From NCBI GenBank assembly GCA_963817915.1, contig CAWFQL010000011.1, positions 128,001 through 192,000 of the forward strand: DNA of 64,000 bases, given 5' to 3'. Below, one piece after another: positions 61,783 through 64,000 of this stretch (positions are counted from its first letter, which is position 1; each line of letters opens with the position of its first letter). Source of the stretch: an uncultured candidate division Zixibacteria bacterium. Lineage in GTDB: Bacteria > Zixibacteria > MSB-5A5 > UBA10806. A program made the position numbers and the translations under genes. The notes below the pieces were generated by a model. That model saw only the letters and a list, made by a program, of their open reading frames with translations, ran no database searches and was not told where the DNA came from.

Positions 61783-63066
61783 ATGAAAATTCTTGTAATA
61801 GGAAAAGGTGGCCGGGAACACGCGCTTGTATGGAAGTTATCTCAATCACCGCAAGTTAAAAAGATTTACGCCGCTCCGGGAAATGCCGGAATTTCCACGA
61901 TCGCGGAATCTGTGCCGATAGCCATCAATGATCTCGAAGGCTTGGCCAATTTCGCGAAAAAGAATTCCATCGGCTTGACAGTTGTCGGTCCCGAATTACC
62001 GTTGACGTTGGGCATTGTCGATATTTTCGAAGGGCATGGGTTGAAGATTTTCGGACCCACCAAAGAGGCATCGGAGATCGAGGGTTCTAAGTCATTCGCC
62101 AAGCAATTCATGCAAAAATACCACATTCCGACAGCGAGCTTTAGGATATTCCAAAATCACTTTGAGGCGATCGATTTCGTCTCGACTGCGCGCTACCCGT
62201 TGGTCATAAAGGCCGATGGGCTCGCCGCCGGCAAAGGCGCGGTAATCGCCGCGAATTTCGAAGAGGCCCGCTCCACAGTTGAAAATATCATGGTTCAGAA
62301 AGTATTCGGAGATGCCGGCGCCAAATTGGTAGTGGAGGAATTCCTTACAGGCGAGGAAATCACCGTAATGGCCTTGACCGACGGCGAGAGAGTCATTCCA
62401 ATGGTTTCCGCTCAAGATCACAAACGTATTTTTGACAATGACAAAGGTCCCAATACGGGCGGCATGGGTGCCTACGCTCCCGCGAATATAGTCTCAGACA
62501 AGATGCTTAAGAAAATTGTCGAGGAAATTCTTGAGCCGACAGTCCAGGGGCTCGCGGATCAAGGAAGACTTTATAAAGGCGTATTATATACCGGCCTGAT
62601 TATTACCGATAGAGGCCCCAAAGTGCTCGAGTATAACTGCAGATTCGGCGACCCCGAGACTCAGGCAGTCCTGCCGCTTCTGGAAAATGACCTGGCTCAG
62701 ATCTTTTTAGATATTGCCGATGGCTATCTTAATATCGATGAAGTTAAGTGGAAAGATATGTATTCAGTCTGCATTGTTTTGGCCTCGAAAGGATATCCTG
62801 AATCAACTGAAACAGGCATGGAAATAGACGGGCTGGATGATAAACGATTGCGCGATGTGCTGATATTTCATGCAGGCACGGTCAAAAAAGGCGAAAAATT
62901 TGTTACGGGCGGCGGTAGGGTTCTCGGAGTAACTGCGATGGATTATTCGATCAGGGGAGCAATCGCCAAGGCCTATGAAAGCGTAAAACATATTGGTTTC
63001 GATGGCATGCAATACAGGCATGATATCGGACAGAGGTCTGGAAGAGTAGATTCCAGTTATTTCTAA
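61783..63066 (+). CDS. purD: Phosphoribosylamine-glycine ligase
   Basis: GGREHAL, KADGLAAGKG, QDHKR, GPNTGGMG, RFGDPE. Confidence 0.97.
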   Translation: MKILVIGKGGREHALVWKLSQSPQVKKIYAAPGNAGISTIAESVPIAINDLEGLANFAKKNSIGLTVVGPELPLTLGIVDIFEGHGLKIFGPTKEASEIEGSKSFAKQFMQKYHIPTASFRIFQNHFEAIDFVSTARYPLVIKADGLAAGKGAVIAANFEEARSTVENIMVQKVFGDAGAKLVVEEFLTGEEITVMALTDGERVIPMVSAQDHKRIFDNDKGPNTGGMGAYAPANIVSDKMLKKIVEEILEPTVQGLADQGRLYKGVLYTGLIITDRGPKVLEYNCRFGDPETQAVLPLLENDLAQIFLDIADGYLNIDEVKWKDMYSVCIVLASKGYPESTETGMEIDGLDDKRLRDVLIFHAGTVKKGEKFVTGGGRVLGVTAMDYSIRGAIAKAYESVKHIGFDGMQYRHDIGQRSGRVDSSYF

Positions 63067-63530
63067 TGAAAAAGATCAAAGTACTTATAGTTCTCGGAAG
63101 CAAATCTGATAATGAAGCTATGGCCGGATGCGGAGCGCTTCTCGATGAATTCAAAATCCCTTTTACGCAGGAAATCAGTTCTGCCCATAGACAACCTGAT
63201 AAAACAATAAAATTACTGCGCCAGGCGGAATCATCCGGTGTTCAGATCGTAATCGCGGCGGCGGGCATGGCGGCTCACCTGCCCGGCTTTATCGCCTCTC
63301 AGACGATCTTACCGGTGATAGGCGTGCCGTTGTCTGGATCGGCATTGTCGGGTGTCGATGCGCTCTACTCGATAGTCCAGATGCCTGCTGGTGTGCCGGT
63401 AGCAACTATGGCCATAGGCGCGCATGGGGCAAAGAATGCGGCCCTGCTTGCGATCGAGATTCTTTCTCTCGCCGACGAAAAATTGAAGAAAAAACTTGTC
63501 GAATATCGAAAAGGTGCGGGAGGGCATTGA
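63066..63530 (+). CDS. purE: N5-CAIR mutase
   Basis: GSKSD, SAHR, AGMAAHLPG, SIVQMPAGVPVAT. Confidence 0.97.
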   Translation: MKKIKVLIVLGSKSDNEAMAGCGALLDEFKIPFTQEISSAHRQPDKTIKLLRQAESSGVQIVIAAAGMAAHLPGFIASQTILPVIGVPLSGSALSGVDALYSIVQMPAGVPVATMAIGAHGAKNAALLAIEILSLADEKLKKKLVEYRKGAGGH

Positions 63531-63531
63531 T

Positions 63532-64000
63532 ATGATAGTTCTTATTTTTTTATTGCCTATAATTCTAGCCGTCATTGTCGCGATGATCGCCGTTTTCATT
63601 TATAATAATCTGGTGACCCTGAAAAATACCGCTGTGGCCGCCTGGCATCAAATTGATGTCCAACTGGCGAGGCGCGCCGATCTCGTCGGCAATCTGGTCG
63701 AAACTGTCAAAGGGTATGCCGCTCATGAAAAGACGGTTCTTGAGGACGTCACCAATGCCAGATCATCAGTCATGCAGAGTAAGACGCCCGGCGATGCAGG
63801 TAAGGCCATGACAGGGCTGGATGGCGCCTTGGCGCGTTTATTCGCGGTGGCCGAGAATTATCCCAATCTCAAGGCTGATACCAGTTTTCTATCGCTCCAA
63901 AATCAGCTCAGGGAAATCGAGTTGAGTATCGCGGAAGTGAGGCAGTATTATAATGGCGTCGTGCGAAATTACAATATTGCTTGCGAACGTTTCCCTGCCA
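63532..64000 (+). CDS. lemA: LemA family protein, 3' partial (not in the ORF track)
   Basis: N-terminal TM helix, YNNLV, AWHQIDVQL.RR.DL..NLVETVKGYA.HE, AENYPNLKA. Confidence 0.92.
   Translation, partial: MIVLIFLLPIILAVIVAMIAVFIYNNLVTLKNTAVAAWHQIDVQLARRADLVGNLVETVKGYAAHEKTVLEDVTNARSSVMQSKTPGDAGKAMTGLDGALARLFAVAENYPNLKADTSFLSLQNQLREIELSIAEVRQYYNGVVRNYNIACERFPA

Noticed and set aside
680..63599. Numerous short antisense or alternate-frame ORFs in the track
   Set aside because: They are shadows of well-supported genes and have no recognisable motifs or RBS

Overview
This is a gene-dense bacterial window of about 44% GC (by eye), mostly on the + strand. The gene content suggests a diderm FCB-related lineage such as Zixibacteria (inference): PorV-family barrel, T9SS-like C-terminal domains, cohesin-like and DUF1573 proteins, and abundant D-S/T sequons. 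It opens with housekeeping and envelope genes (tsaC, LMW phosphatase, ftcD, PHP hydrolases, ECF S component plus outer-membrane receptor, MFS). Next come a PAS kinase/sigma54 regulator pair with its apparent target operon, and a ~2180 aa repeat-rich surface protein followed by PorV-TPR. The most unusual part is a co-oriented module at 35.2-47 kb. A membrane protein there fuses an RsbW-type kinase, HAMP, a SpoIIE phosphatase and an IS481-transposase-like double HTH. It is followed by an orphan ParA, a STAS protein with a homologous HTH, a diguanylate cyclase and polysaccharide export genes. Downstream are a DUF2723 glycosyltransferase, four tandem type IV pilins, pilD, a PAS kinase, an HDOD protein, cysteine synthase, purD, purE and lemA. 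Non-coding signals include a candidate sRNA, several leaderless-type promoters, sigma54 and sigma28-like promoters and degenerate REPs. Seven genes carry single-base-insertion frameshifts that are probably sequencing errors. I saw no rRNA, tRNA, CRISPR array or intact transposase. All domain calls are motif recognition by eye, not database searches.
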